Source: Thermoproteota archaeon
GTDB lineage: Archaea > Asgardarchaeota > Jordiarchaeia > Jordiarchaeales > Freyrarchaeaceae
Direction of reading: 5' to 3'
Assembly: GCA_029258835.1 (NCBI GenBank)
Contig: JAPDJY010000076.1
Coordinates: 1-52,812, forward strand
Length of the DNA stretch: 52,812 bases
Shown here piece by piece: positions 1 to 9,388 of the stretch (positions are counted from its first letter, which is position 1; every line of letters begins with the position of its first letter). A program made the position numbers and the translations under genes. Under the pieces are notes generated by a model. It worked only from the letters and a program-made list of their open reading frames with translations. It was not told where the DNA came from and made no database searches.

Positions 1-972
1 CTTGTCTGCATGAGGAAGTGCGTCATACCGGATGGTGGACTCGGGTTCTGCGGAACCAGAAGGAACGTTAAAGGGGAAATCCACACCCTAACCTACGGGG
101 ACATATCATCCATAAGCGTTAACCCAATAGAGAAGAAACCCCTCTTCCACTTCCACCCAGGCTCAAAAGCCCTAACAGTCGGCAGCTGGAGCTGCAACTT
201 CACCTGCCCATGGTGCCAGAATTGGGAGATTAGCAAGCAGCAGCCTGACGTGGAGAGGCGGAACTATGTGAGCCCTGAGCATTTTATCAGGATAGCTAGG
301 GTGAATAGGTGTGATGGGACGTCTATTTCGTTTAATGAGCCTACCTTAATGCTTGAGTACTCGTTGGATGTTTTCAGGCTTGCAAGGGAGAATGGACTTT
401 ACAATACTTACGTAACTAACGGGTACATGACGCCGGAGGCGCTACGCCTTTTAGTTGAGGCAGGGCTTGACGCCATGAACGTTGACGTGAAGGGGTGCAG
501 AGAAGCGGTTAAGAAATATTGCGGGGCTGATGTTGAACATGTTTGGAGGAACATACGTGATGCTAAGAGGATGGGTGTATGGGTTGAGGTGACGACGCTT
601 ATTATACCGGGAGTGAATGATGATGAGGATTGTTTGAGGAGCATAGCGGGGAGGATACGTGAGATAGACGCGGATATGCCGTGGCACGTCACAAGGTTTC
701 ACCCAGACTATCAGATGCTTGATAGGCCCCCAACTCCTGTAGAGACTCTGGAGAAAGCCAGGATGATAGGGGTGGATGAGGGGTTGAAGTACGTTTACGT
801 TGGGAACGTTCCAGGGCACAGGTGGGAGAACACGTATTGTCCTTCGTGTGGTGAACTGTTGATTGAAAGGTACGTTTTCACTGTAGTCAGGTTTGGCGTT
901 ACGAGGGAGGGCAGGTGCCCGAGCTGTGGGGAGAGAATACGGTTAGTGGGGGGTGTTGGCGGGGGGAGGTGA
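1..972 (+). CDS. amrS: AmmeMemoRadiSam-system radical SAM enzyme (PFL-activating-enzyme-like), 5' end probably outside window
   Basis: PIEKKPLFHFHPG, CNFTCPWCQN (CxxxCxxC), SFNEPT, C-terminal NTYCPSCG...CPSCG; frame is open from position 1 (LVC-MRKC). Confidence 0.85.
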   Translation, partial: LVCMRKCVIPDGGLGFCGTRRNVKGEIHTLTYGDISSISVNPIEKKPLFHFHPGSKALTVGSWSCNFTCPWCQNWEISKQQPDVERRNYVSPEHFIRIARVNRCDGTSISFNEPTLMLEYSLDVFRLARENGLYNTYVTNGYMTPEALRLLVEAGLDAMNVDVKGCREAVKKYCGADVEHVWRNIRDAKRMGVWVEVTTLIIPGVNDDEDCLRSIAGRIREIDADMPWHVTRFHPDYQMLDRPPTPVETLEKARMIGVDEGLKYVYVGNVPGHRWENTYCPSCGELLIERYVFTVVRFGVTREGRCPSCGERIRLVGGVGGGR

Positions 973-1040
973 AAGGTGGGGGGGTGGTTCGGGGTTGTCG
1001 GGTGCCTTTTGGCTTAGCATAGGTCGGAGAAGAAGGTATG

Positions 1041-1317
1041 TTAGGCTATAGCCTCCTTGAGGTATTTACTGGTTCTTCCGCTTGTGCGGAGGACGGTTTC
1101 GTAACTGGCATTTTCAACGTGTAACCCCTTTAATCTGAACCTTGTCGCGTCTGAGCTTGAATCTATAGAGTTTCTGGTAGCGTCCGATTGTGCTGCGGCT
1201 GGCGTTCATGACGCGGCCGTCGCTGTTAACGTATCCTAGGGTTGAGCCGCTGCTGGTTTTTACAACGCCCCTTGAGACCCTGGCGAGTGTGCTTCCGGAA
1301 GGAGTCATGATATACAA
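1041..1317 (-). pseudogene. Small beta-repeat (beta-flower-like) protein, apparently frameshifted
   Basis: Repeats TPSGSTLA / TSSGSTLG / NASRSTIG in ORF 1114-1317; similar pattern (DSSSDAT, VENASYETV) continues in the +1 frame to a TAA at 1041-1043. Confidence 0.45.
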
Positions 1318-1542
1318 TTTCGGTCACCCGTGCCATTAGAAGAAGGATGTATTGCTAAAAGCTTTTTTGAGGAAAAGAGTTCAAGTATTGTTTGGATTTT
1401 ATGTGGGGTGGGTTTCGAGTTGGGTGGAGACGGATTTGGAAGCGCGTTTTTTAGTTGGGGAAGGCTTATTGGGTGCGGAGCGTAACCGATGACTGGAGCA
1501 TTTTTAAGTGGGTGTTTTTTGGCTTGTTTCAGGGTGGTTGAA

Positions 1543-2340
1543 GTGGATTTGATAGGAGATGGAAGTTACGTGCTGATTATTTTAGATGAGAGGAGGAGGT
1601 GGCTTGTGAGGGTGGAGGAGGGGAAGAAGCTTCATACGCATAGGGGGGTCGTCGACGTCGGATGCTTAATAGGTAAACCCTATGGCTGTATTATCGAAAG
1701 CAGTAAGGGTTACAGGTTTTACGCTGTGAAGCCAACCCTAGCCGACTTGGCTATTAAGGCTAGGAGGGCAACTCAGATTATATATCCTAAGGATTTGGGG
1801 TTCATCCTTCTAAACCTTACCATAGGGAGGGGGAGCATCGTGGTTGAGGCTGGCACCGGCAGTGGAGTGCTGACTGGGGTGCTGGCAAGCTGGGTCATGC
1901 CGGAGGGCAGGGTTTACAGCTATGAGGTTCGGGAGGAGTTCCTAGACGTGGCTAGGAGAAACCTGGAGCGTATGGGCGTCTTAGAGTATGTTGAGCTTAA
2001 AAACAAGGACGTGGTTGAAGGGATAGACGAGGAGAACGTGGACGCCGTCGTGCTCGACATGGCAACCCCCTGGCTTGTTGTAAGGCACGCTTACAGGGCG
2101 CTCAAGCCGGGGAGGGTCATGGCATCCTTCAGCCCCACGATAGAGCAGGTCCAGAAAACCGTTTTTGAGATGGAGAGGGAGGGGTTCATCGACGTGAGAA
2201 CCTACGAGTGCTTACTAAGAGACGTGATAGTTAAGGAGGGGAAAACCAGACCTGACACCTTCATGATAGGGCACACGGGATACATGACGTTTGGACGAAA
2301 AATTGTAAGGAGTTTAGGGGGGGAACAGCTTGGCAACTAG
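1543..2340 (+). CDS. trmI: tRNA (adenine-57/58-N1)-methyltransferase (TrmI/Gcd14)
   Basis: RATQIIYPKD, EAGTGSGVLT SAM motif, DAVVLDMATPW, FSPTIEQV, HTGY; start GTG 1543 preferred over 1489. Confidence 0.92.
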   Translation: MDLIGDGSYVLIILDERRRWLVRVEEGKKLHTHRGVVDVGCLIGKPYGCIIESSKGYRFYAVKPTLADLAIKARRATQIIYPKDLGFILLNLTIGRGSIVVEAGTGSGVLTGVLASWVMPEGRVYSYEVREEFLDVARRNLERMGVLEYVELKNKDVVEGIDEENVDAVVLDMATPWLVVRHAYRALKPGRVMASFSPTIEQVQKTVFEMEREGFIDVRTYECLLRDVIVKEGKTRPDTFMIGHTGYMTFGRKIVRSLGGEQLGN

Positions 2341-3117
2341 GTTTTTTAGTGTCCCGATTATTTTGTCACGTCTCCCTGCGAAGTCCGAACCGTAGGATAC
2401 TACGAGATCCTTGCCTTCCACGGACACCCTAGCAATCGGGCCTTCGGATGACTCGAACTCGAAGACAGGGCCCGCTTCGCCCTCCTTGCGGCTAACGAAA
2501 AGCACCGGGAACTCCTCTGTTAGGATGTTAAAGAGGAGGCCCAGTTTAACTTTGCCGACGAGTTCAGGATCTATTAATGGTGACTCCACAGCCGCCGGTG
2601 TGGGATGCTGCTCCTCTAAGGGGGGAGGTACCGCCTCTTCGGCCTGTGCTTCCACTTGCTCGGGCATCACCGCCTCTTCACGCTCGGTTTCGGGTGGGTG
2701 TGCAGGTGGCGAGACGGCTTCTGGTGTTGGGAGGGTTACTTCCACCTCGGCGAGAAACTTATCCTTTAACTTGTATGGCCTCTTGAATAGGGAGTTAAGG
2801 GCAGCTAGCTTTTCTTTCGCTTCCGGCTCTGAGAGGCTGGACTCGTCTATTTCAACCATTTCCCCGAGGCCGTGGCCAACGTGGAATTTCCCGTAGGCGA
2901 AGCCGGACTTCAGGATCGACTTAGCCACCCTCATGGCAGCCCGCTTATCTACCAAACTCCTGTTTTTCCCCATCCAAAAGTAAAGTTTCCCGTCCAGCTC
3001 GTCTATGACCACCACTAAAGAGTCACTGTTAATGGCGTCTTGACTGAAGGGGATCGGGGATTTTTCGCCAGGCTCCACTTTAACCATGAGCATGTATTTG
3101 GGGATGGAAGCAACCAT
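2314..3117 (-). CDS. Gelsolin-like domain protein with Pro/Glu-rich linker and C-terminal unknown domain
   Basis: N-terminal INSDSLVVVID..KLYFWMGKNRSLVDKRAAMRVAKSI matches the gelsolin repeat pattern (LxSxD..D..iyiWxGK.s..k..A..A). Confidence 0.7.
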   Translation of the reverse strand: MVASIPKYMLMVKVEPGEKSPIPFSQDAINSDSLVVVIDELDGKLYFWMGKNRSLVDKRAAMRVAKSILKSGFAYGKFHVGHGLGEMVEIDESSLSEPEAKEKLAALNSLFKRPYKLKDKFLAEVEVTLPTPEAVSPPAHPPETEREEAVMPEQVEAQAEEAVPPPLEEQHPTPAAVESPLIDPELVGKVKLGLLFNILTEEFPVLFVSRKEGEAGPVFEFESSEGPIARVSVEGKDLVVSYGSDFAGRRDKIIGTLKNLVAKLFPP

Positions 3118-3410
3118 AAAGCCACCTCACAAGCTTTAAACCTAAAATCCTCCTTCACACCTTAACAAGCATTAACAATTACAATTTGGTTTTAGTATTA
3201 TTTAAGGATTAACTGGAGTTCTCGGAGGAGGACACTACCCCCTCCACATTACCCTTAAACAACTGGTGAAGGGTGAACGCAACCAACATGGCAGATCTTT
3301 ATGGGGGGGAAGCGAGTTCGTTGGTGGCTGCGTGAGAGGAAGCCTGTTTCAGGCCGGAGGAGAGATCATAAGACGTGTGAACTCCAAAAAAGGAGGGTGG
3401 GTGATGGATG

Positions 3411-5019
3411 TCAGGAGGCGTCGACCGTTTTCACGGTTTCCTCGCTGGCGACTCCTCTCCGCCTCCTCCGCCATTCCTCAACTGGAATGCTGAACTGCTT
3501 CTCAACCATTGGCCGGTGGATCGTGTTGTAGGTACAGAATGGGATTATCCGCCCATCAGGTGTGCCGTAGTGGATAACGCAGCGCTCAACTCTGGCAAGG
3601 TCGAGGTTGTATGGATCCTGAAAGTGCATCATCCCGATCAAGATTACGCTACGCATGAAGTCTCCTAGCGCGTTATAGTTCGCTGAGGTAAGGACGCGCC
3701 TGAAGAGGCTGAACATGAGACCCTTCTTCTTGAAGAAGCGGAGCATTCCCATGGCAACTCTCAATCTGCCTTTAAGCTTCGAGAACCACCCGCCCTGAAA
3801 CTCCTCAGCACACTTCTCGAAGGTCTCCATGATCCTGTCGACGTCGACGTAATGGGTGATTGGGTAAAACTCGCCGTCACCCTCCACCCGGATGAAAGTT
3901 GCCATGCCGCAGTGCACGTGGTTGCCGAACTCCACCATGGGTCTGCCGAAGTAGGCTGAGAGAGCCCTAGACAATGGGGTCGGGGTCGTACAGGGGTAGA
4001 AGTCGGACGTCTTGATGCGCCCTCCAGTCTGCTCCTCGCAAGCCTTGATGACTTCTGGGATCGTTATCCGCATCTCCATCCTTTTGGATTCATCGATCCT
4101 CCCTGTGATGCTTACTGGCTGGAAGATTATGCCCCGCACCACGTCATAGTTCTCAACGGCAAAACGTATGATATCGCCTATCTGATCATCGTTAACGCCC
4201 CTAACAACCGTTGGGACCAGTACTATGGAGTGGAGGCCCGCCCTACGGCAGTTCTCGATAGCCTTAAGCTTTAACGGGAGAAGGTTGCGTCCTCTAGCCT
4301 CAAGGTACGGCTCAGGCGTCACACCGTCAAACTGCATGTACACCGTGCTGAGGCCAGCCTCCACCAGCTCACGGCAGTAATCAACGCTCTCTGCAAGCTT
4401 CAAAGCATTAGAGGCGATCTCAACGTGGGCGAACCCGACCTCCCTAGCCATCCTTATAAGCTCAGGGAGGTCCTCCCTGACGGTAGGTTCTCCACCAGCA
4501 AACTGAACAGCGGGGGCTGGGACGGGAGCATTACGTCTGAAGTTTTCAAGCATGAACCTAATCTGCTCGGCGCTGGGCTCATACACATAACCAGAAACCG
4601 CTGCGTTAGCAAAACATATTACCCCACGCGGAACCCGGATGGAAGTAAGCGTCCTCCGGGCAACATCGCGTGTTTGGGCATCGCAGATTACACCGGTTCG
4701 TTACATCGATGAGCGCCAGTGCAGTGTAGGTTTTATGGTTTGTACATAGCCCACAGTCAAAGGGGCATCCTTGACGGGCTTCCGTTCGGGGGTTTTCTAT
4801 TTTAACCCTGTTATAATTCCACTTTGTGACTTTCCTGTAGAGTTCCGCATCTCCCCAGTACACGTCCGTCACCTGTCCGTGTTCAGGGCAGGTTTTCGTT
4901 ATCATTACCTTCCCGTCTTCCTCGTACACTGTCGCATCTATTACTTTCATACACTCGGGGCATATGCTCTTGGTCTGAAAGGGGAGCTCAGGGAATTGCT
5001 CGTGCGCAAGCCTTTGCAT
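3411..5019 (-). CDS. tes: Tetraether lipid synthase (Tes/GDGT-MAS, MJ0619 family radical SAM), join(5019..4674,4618..3411), 517 aa after intron removal
   Basis: SICPEC..KTCPEHG, CPFDCGLCxxH, restored CNLRCPICFAN, QFAGGEPT, HCGMA, MMHFQDPYNLD..RCVIHY..IIPFCTYN; 346+1208 nt = 518 codons including stop. Confidence 0.9.
4619..4673 (-). other. 55-nt bulge-helix-bulge (archaeal-type) intron in tes mRNA
   Basis: Central helix GCCC/GGGU, 3-nt bulges AAA and AAU, internal stems CACGCG/CGCGUG and CCCGGA/UCCGGG; cleavage after the 2nd nucleotide of each bulge restores frame and motif. Confidence 0.85.
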
Positions 5020-5281
5020 TTTACCACCACCTTTAGTGGTGTTTTAAAGAGATTTCACTTAGATGCTTATTTAATATTTTCCCGACGAAACATAATTGGA
5101 ATGGTATGAACCCGGGTTGGAAGGCTTCTTTACCAAGCTGGTTTTGCAGTGCTAGAAGAAGTGCTGGGAGGACGGGAAAAGGTAGTCTTAGGTAGCATGA
5201 ATGGTGGCGGTTCAACCCAGCAGAGCCTAAATGTGGCTGTCCGCCCCTTTTAACTATTTCATTAACGTTTCTAAAATGCTG

Positions 5282-5935
5282 TCAGCTGAAATTTTCCATC
5301 AATGAGCCTATAGTTCCGTCGAACTTTCCCCATTCGATCCTTATTCCCGCCTCTTCCGCCACTTTTTCTGCCTCCTCCCTTGTTAATTCAGGTATTTCAA
5401 TCAGGGTGAAGCCCATCTCTTCCAAGAGGTCTGGAAACCTAACTATAACTTCTTGAAGTGATTCCGTTCTACAGGTTGCTGCCACCACCACCTTTCTCCT
5501 CCCGCCGAGCTTCCCAACCAAGCCGTGAAGGTTGGCGTTTAAGTACAGTTCGACGTCGTCGAGAACTAGAATTTTCTTGCTTCTTTCAGGAAATGGGGGC
5601 ATATCACTCAGTTCAGGGATCTTATCTCTCCTAATCTTCACGACCCTGTAACCTTTCAACTTTCTTAGAGCCTCGTAAAGCATCCTAGTTTTCCCCGCCT
5701 TCCTCCTTCCAGCTATGATCACGCTCCTTCCGGAAGACAACGCATCTTCAACTAATCCATCAACATCACGCTTGTAATAGTACGGCTTATACCCTTTAAC
5801 ACCCATATCTTCAGGTGAAACATCCCCTGCATCCTTAAACAATTCGAGAAACTCCCTTGGAACGGTCAGCCTCCCCCAGACACGCTCGATAATCCAGTTA
5901 AGTACGCCATATAACTTGAAGAGAAGATACGCCAA
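5282..5935 (-). CDS. P-loop NTPase (AAA/STAND-like) domain protein, possibly truncated
   Basis: Walker A GRRKAGKT, Walker B ILVLDD, VVAATCR; ends soon after the NTPase core. Confidence 0.6.
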   Translation of the reverse strand: MAYLLFKLYGVLNWIIERVWGRLTVPREFLELFKDAGDVSPEDMGVKGYKPYYYKRDVDGLVEDALSSGRSVIIAGRRKAGKTRMLYEALRKLKGYRVVKIRRDKIPELSDMPPFPERSKKILVLDDVELYLNANLHGLVGKLGGRRKVVVAATCRTESLQEVIVRFPDLLEEMGFTLIEIPELTREEAEKVAEEAGIRIEWGKFDGTIGSLMENFS

Positions 5936-6177
5936 GGAGGTTCAACCCCCCTCGTTTTCCTAACAACCCTTAAACGGAAAAACGGAGGTTAACATTATAA
6001 GTAATAAGTGATCATGGTCTGGGGGAATATCGCCCCCACCAATCAGTAAGCTATCTATCGTTATCCAAGGTCATTAAAGGTGATGTTGAAGTAGGGTGGG
6101 AAAAATTGCGTTAACAAGAAAAGGGGGAGAAGAGTGAATAAACATTTTTATGGGAGAGTACGAACTTTCATGAGAGG

Positions 6178-7512
6178 TTATCTTCTGAAAAGCCCACGCT
6201 TTTTCTTTTCTTCTTTCTTTTCCTTTTTCTCCTCTGCTTTGCTAACGGGCTCTTCTACGGGAACCTCGGGTGGCGCCTGCTCCTTTTGGTGAATGGATTT
6301 AGTGAAGGTTCTAGCAAGTTCACCGTACCAGGAAAGCAGCTTTCCAAGGTCTGAAGCGTAGAAGTAAACGCCGCCTGTCATCGAGGCGATTTGCTGCATC
6401 AGAACCTCGTTAACCTCGCCTCCGATACCCACAGTGTAGAGCACGACGTTAGGCATCCGTGCAATCTCGTTTTCAACGATGGCCCTTACTGATTCCTCTC
6501 TATCGGTTCCTTGCGGGAAGCCGTCGGTAAGGAAAACGAGCATGGTGTTCGTCCCTTTAAACTCATTTTTAAGAATGGAAGCCGCCTTTCTTAGGGCGTC
6601 GCTCATGTTCGTGTACCCGCCCGTTTTGTATGCCACTTCCTTCAGGATCGTGTTTGCTACTTCCTCTATGTTTCCTGTGGCTGCATCAAAGTAGTTGTTA
6701 TGGTTGAACTTTATGATTTCTGCTTCGTCGTGATATGTTATTATGGCTACTTTTTCCCCATACCCTCTTCCCACCTTCTCTGCCAGGTAGAGGAGAGCTG
6801 CAAACGCTGCCCCATGCCTTCTTCTCACCGTTTCTCCTTCCTCGAATCTTGTGAGGAAGTCGGCTATGTCCTCTGAGGTTAGGAGGCTGATTATTCCCTC
6901 TCTTGCCGGTGCTATGTTTGTTACTTCCATGTCCTTAGTGCTCATGCTTCCTGAAATGTCTATTAGGAGTATTGCATTAAAGGGCATAGCCGGCCCTATA
7001 GGCACTATTTCAGCTTTCTCCATCTCCGCCCAGTTAACTATGGCGAGCTCCCTTCCCTTTAAGTCCGGTTTGGTTGCTTCTATCGAGATGTTAGAGTTGA
7101 GGTCCTTCCAGCGTATTTTCATTTTCTTGAAGATCACCCGTTTGTCCAGTAGTTTTTTAAGTTCTTTCCTTCTTTCCTGCGCTATCTTAAAGACGTCCTC
7201 AGGTTTCTGATCTCCTAGGGGTTCTATTCCTATTACGAGCTCCCTAAGAGGCTGAATTCTCCCCGCGTATTTCTCAACTTTCACTGTGAAACCTTCGTCT
7301 AGCCCACAGGATTCAACAAGGGTAGAATCTATGTGTATTGTTCCTTTTTGAACCTTTTTATCCATATATGCTGGTGCTGCTCCAAAGTTTCCTGTTGTAG
7401 GGTCTTCAAATATGATTATCGTGCCTTCAAAGATGTTTTGTGATGCAGCATCTTCAGGATTTAGAAGGGCTGCTCCTTCCCGCTCCCCTGCTTTAACTAT
7501 TTCAAGCTCCAT
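6178..7512 (-). CDS. vWA-domain protein with Cdc48/NSF N-domain-like N-terminus and Lys/Glu-rich tail
   Basis: MIDAS DISGS, T in GYTNM, VFLTDG, TGGVYF; start ATG 7512 follows RBS-like GAGGTGAGG (track starts at 7611). Confidence 0.75.
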   Translation of the reverse strand: MELEIVKAGEREGAALLNPEDAASQNIFEGTIIIFEDPTTGNFGAAPAYMDKKVQKGTIHIDSTLVESCGLDEGFTVKVEKYAGRIQPLRELVIGIEPLGDQKPEDVFKIAQERRKELKKLLDKRVIFKKMKIRWKDLNSNISIEATKPDLKGRELAIVNWAEMEKAEIVPIGPAMPFNAILLIDISGSMSTKDMEVTNIAPAREGIISLLTSEDIADFLTRFEEGETVRRRHGAAFAALLYLAEKVGRGYGEKVAIITYHDEAEIIKFNHNNYFDAATGNIEEVANTILKEVAYKTGGYTNMSDALRKAASILKNEFKGTNTMLVFLTDGFPQGTDREESVRAIVENEIARMPNVVLYTVGIGGEVNEVLMQQIASMTGGVYFYASDLGKLLSWYGELARTFTKSIHQKEQAPPEVPVEEPVSKAEEKKEKKEEKKKRGLFRR

Positions 7513-7701
7513 TTCCTCACCTCGGAAAGAAGAGGAAACATCAATAACTTTTTCTTTAAACCGAGAAATATAGTTTTTCCCGAGAAAGAAGGAGTCTTTC
7601 CCGTTATTCACGGTTCTATCCTGTTAATAATGGCTATGAATTGCCGCTCATATGCTACCTGCGTATGAGGAGACCACCCGAACCTTCTTCCTTCGTTTCC
7701 A

Positions 7702-8415
7702 TTACCGTTCTCCGAGATGGTCTCTGAAGATTTGAGTTACGGCTTCTACGAACCCTTCCCCGTAAGGCTTCGTGGTTACGTGGTCGGCTATTTCCTTAAG
7801 GGATTGAGGGGCGTTCCTGAGGGCTACCCCGTATCCGCATTCACGAAGGAGATCCACGTCGTTAAGTCCATCCCCTATTCCAACGGCTTCACAGCTTCTT
7901 ATTCCCAGCCTTTTGAGCGTTTCCCTTATTCCTGTCGCCTTGCTGACGTTAGGATCAGCAAGGTGAATGGCGTAGCCTGAGTCGAAAATGTTAACTTTTA
8001 TCCCGGAACGACTTAGCGCCTCCTTCAGCTTCTCCACCGCCACCGTCCTCCTGAGAGCCACGTCCGTCAACCTAAAAATTTGATCTATTTCCTGTATCGT
8101 GTTCCCCAGTACTTTTTTGAGGACGGTAAGAGCTTTAAGAGGGGCCTCCTTTGAGGCTAAAACTTGAAGAGGAGGCTTCCAGAAGGGGGCACCTATTACC
8201 CCGCCATTTTCCGCTATAAAAGGCCCATTTGACCCCATGTAAAGGGATAAGGTCATCAAGGTGCAAGCAGTGTTGCCTGAACACAGGATTACGGATATCT
8301 TCCTAGCTAGCTTTCGTATGAGCTCCACTGCGGGCAGGTGAAGAGCCGTTCCCTCGCCGGTGAGGGTGCCATCTACATCCGTTATAAGCACCTTAAACTC
8401 CATTTTCATCTCCAT
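7702..8415 (-). CDS. HAD-superfamily phosphoglycolate phosphatase (SPP-like, IIB)
   Basis: DVDGTLT, CSGN, AENGG, SKATG, GDGLNDVD. Confidence 0.85.
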   Translation of the reverse strand: MEMKMEFKVLITDVDGTLTGEGTALHLPAVELIRKLARKISVILCSGNTACTLMTLSLYMGSNGPFIAENGGVIGAPFWKPPLQVLASKEAPLKALTVLKKVLGNTIQEIDQIFRLTDVALRRTVAVEKLKEALSRSGIKVNIFDSGYAIHLADPNVSKATGIRETLKRLGIRSCEAVGIGDGLNDVDLLRECGYGVALRNAPQSLKEIADHVTTKPYGEGFVEAVTQIFRDHLGER

Positions 8416-8437
8416 GCCCTTAACGACTCATGGTTTT

Positions 8438-9388
8438 TCAGGGTTTAAGCAGTATTTTAATTGCTTTCCTGTCTTCAGCATGCTTGAAGGCTTCCATCCC
8501 TCTTTCCAGCGGGTACTGGGACGTTACTAAGGGTTTCACTTGGACGAGGCCATGCTGGAGGAGGCGGATGGCTGGAGGGAAGGGCCCACACCGCGACCCA
8601 ATAATTGATAGTTCATCCACTACGATGGCAGAGTAATCGACGGGCGCTTGCTGGTTGTACGTGCTTTTCGCCACGACCACGCCTCGAGGCTTTACGAGGG
8701 TTCTTGCAATGCTGATTCCCTGAGGGTTTCCGGTGCACTCCACAACCATGTCTGCTTTTTCCTTTGGCAACTCGGTGTAGGAGGCTGTCTTAACGCCCAG
8801 CCTCCGTGCCACATCCATCTTCTCAGGATGCTTCCATATGAGAAGCGTGTCGCAGCCGTGGAGGCGTATGACTTGGGATGCTAGGAGGCCAAGACGGCCG
8901 TCGCCGAGGACATAAACGGTCCACTCTGGTTTGACGTGTACTTGGGATGTTATTTCTAGGCATGCAGCTAAGGGCTCCGTGAAGACTGCTTCTTGATCTT
9001 CAACATTGTCAGGAACAAGGTGGAGGTTTCTTTCAGGGGTGAGAACGTATTCTGCGAAGGCACCGTCCGCGCCCATTATTCCAAGCACCTTTCTTTGGGG
9101 ACAGTGCCGCTCTAGACCGCTGGTGCAAAAGCTACACTCGCCACAGTAAATATTTATCTCAGAAACCACCCTTTTACCGATGAGTTCGGGGTCTGATGCC
9201 TTCTCCACCACGCCTACGAATTCGTGTCCCAGAACCCCTTTGAAGGACATGTAGCCCCGCGTTATCTCTAAGTCTGTTTTACATATTCCCGCTAGGGATA
9301 CCTTGACTAAGGCCCATCCTGGCTTAGGCTCTCTTATGGGGTAGTCCTCCACGTAGCGTAACGCGCCATCGAACACTAGCGCCTTCAA
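8438..9388 (-). CDS. Zn-dependent medium-chain alcohol dehydrogenase
   Basis: GICKTD, GHEFVG, CGECSFC...C structural Zn site, GDGRLG. Confidence 0.88.
   Translation of the reverse strand: MKALVFDGALRYVEDYPIREPKPGWALVKVSLAGICKTDLEITRGYMSFKGVLGHEFVGVVEKASDPELIGKRVVSEINIYCGECSFCTSGLERHCPQRKVLGIMGADGAFAEYVLTPERNLHLVPDNVEDQEAVFTEPLAACLEITSQVHVKPEWTVYVLGDGRLGLLASQVIRLHGCDTLLIWKHPEKMDVARRLGVKTASYTELPKEKADMVVECTGNPQGISIARTLVKPRGVVVAKSTYNQQAPVDYSAIVVDELSIIGSRCGPFPPAIRLLQHGLVQVKPLVTSQYPLERGMEAFKHAEDRKAIKILLKP

Noticed and set aside
945-1005. G-rich tract with G-quadruplex potential
   Set aside because: Consistent with the general G-skew at gene ends here; no independent support
3266-3668. Plus-strand ORFs 3266-3493, 3301-3531 and 3408-3668
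   Set aside because: They overlap tes antisense and have no motifs; the same applies to the many other antisense shadow ORFs in the track
3411-5019. Reading tes as two genes or as a frameshifted pseudogene
   Set aside because: The break is a discrete structured 55-nt insert whose canonical BHB excision restores both frame and motif exactly; the exons show no other decay
5033-5284. In-frame TGA readthrough (selenocysteine) from the NTPase ORF into ORF 5033-5215
   Set aside because: The frame stays open, but the peptide has no recognisable features, there is no redox motif or SECIS-like element, and it runs over the probable tes promoter
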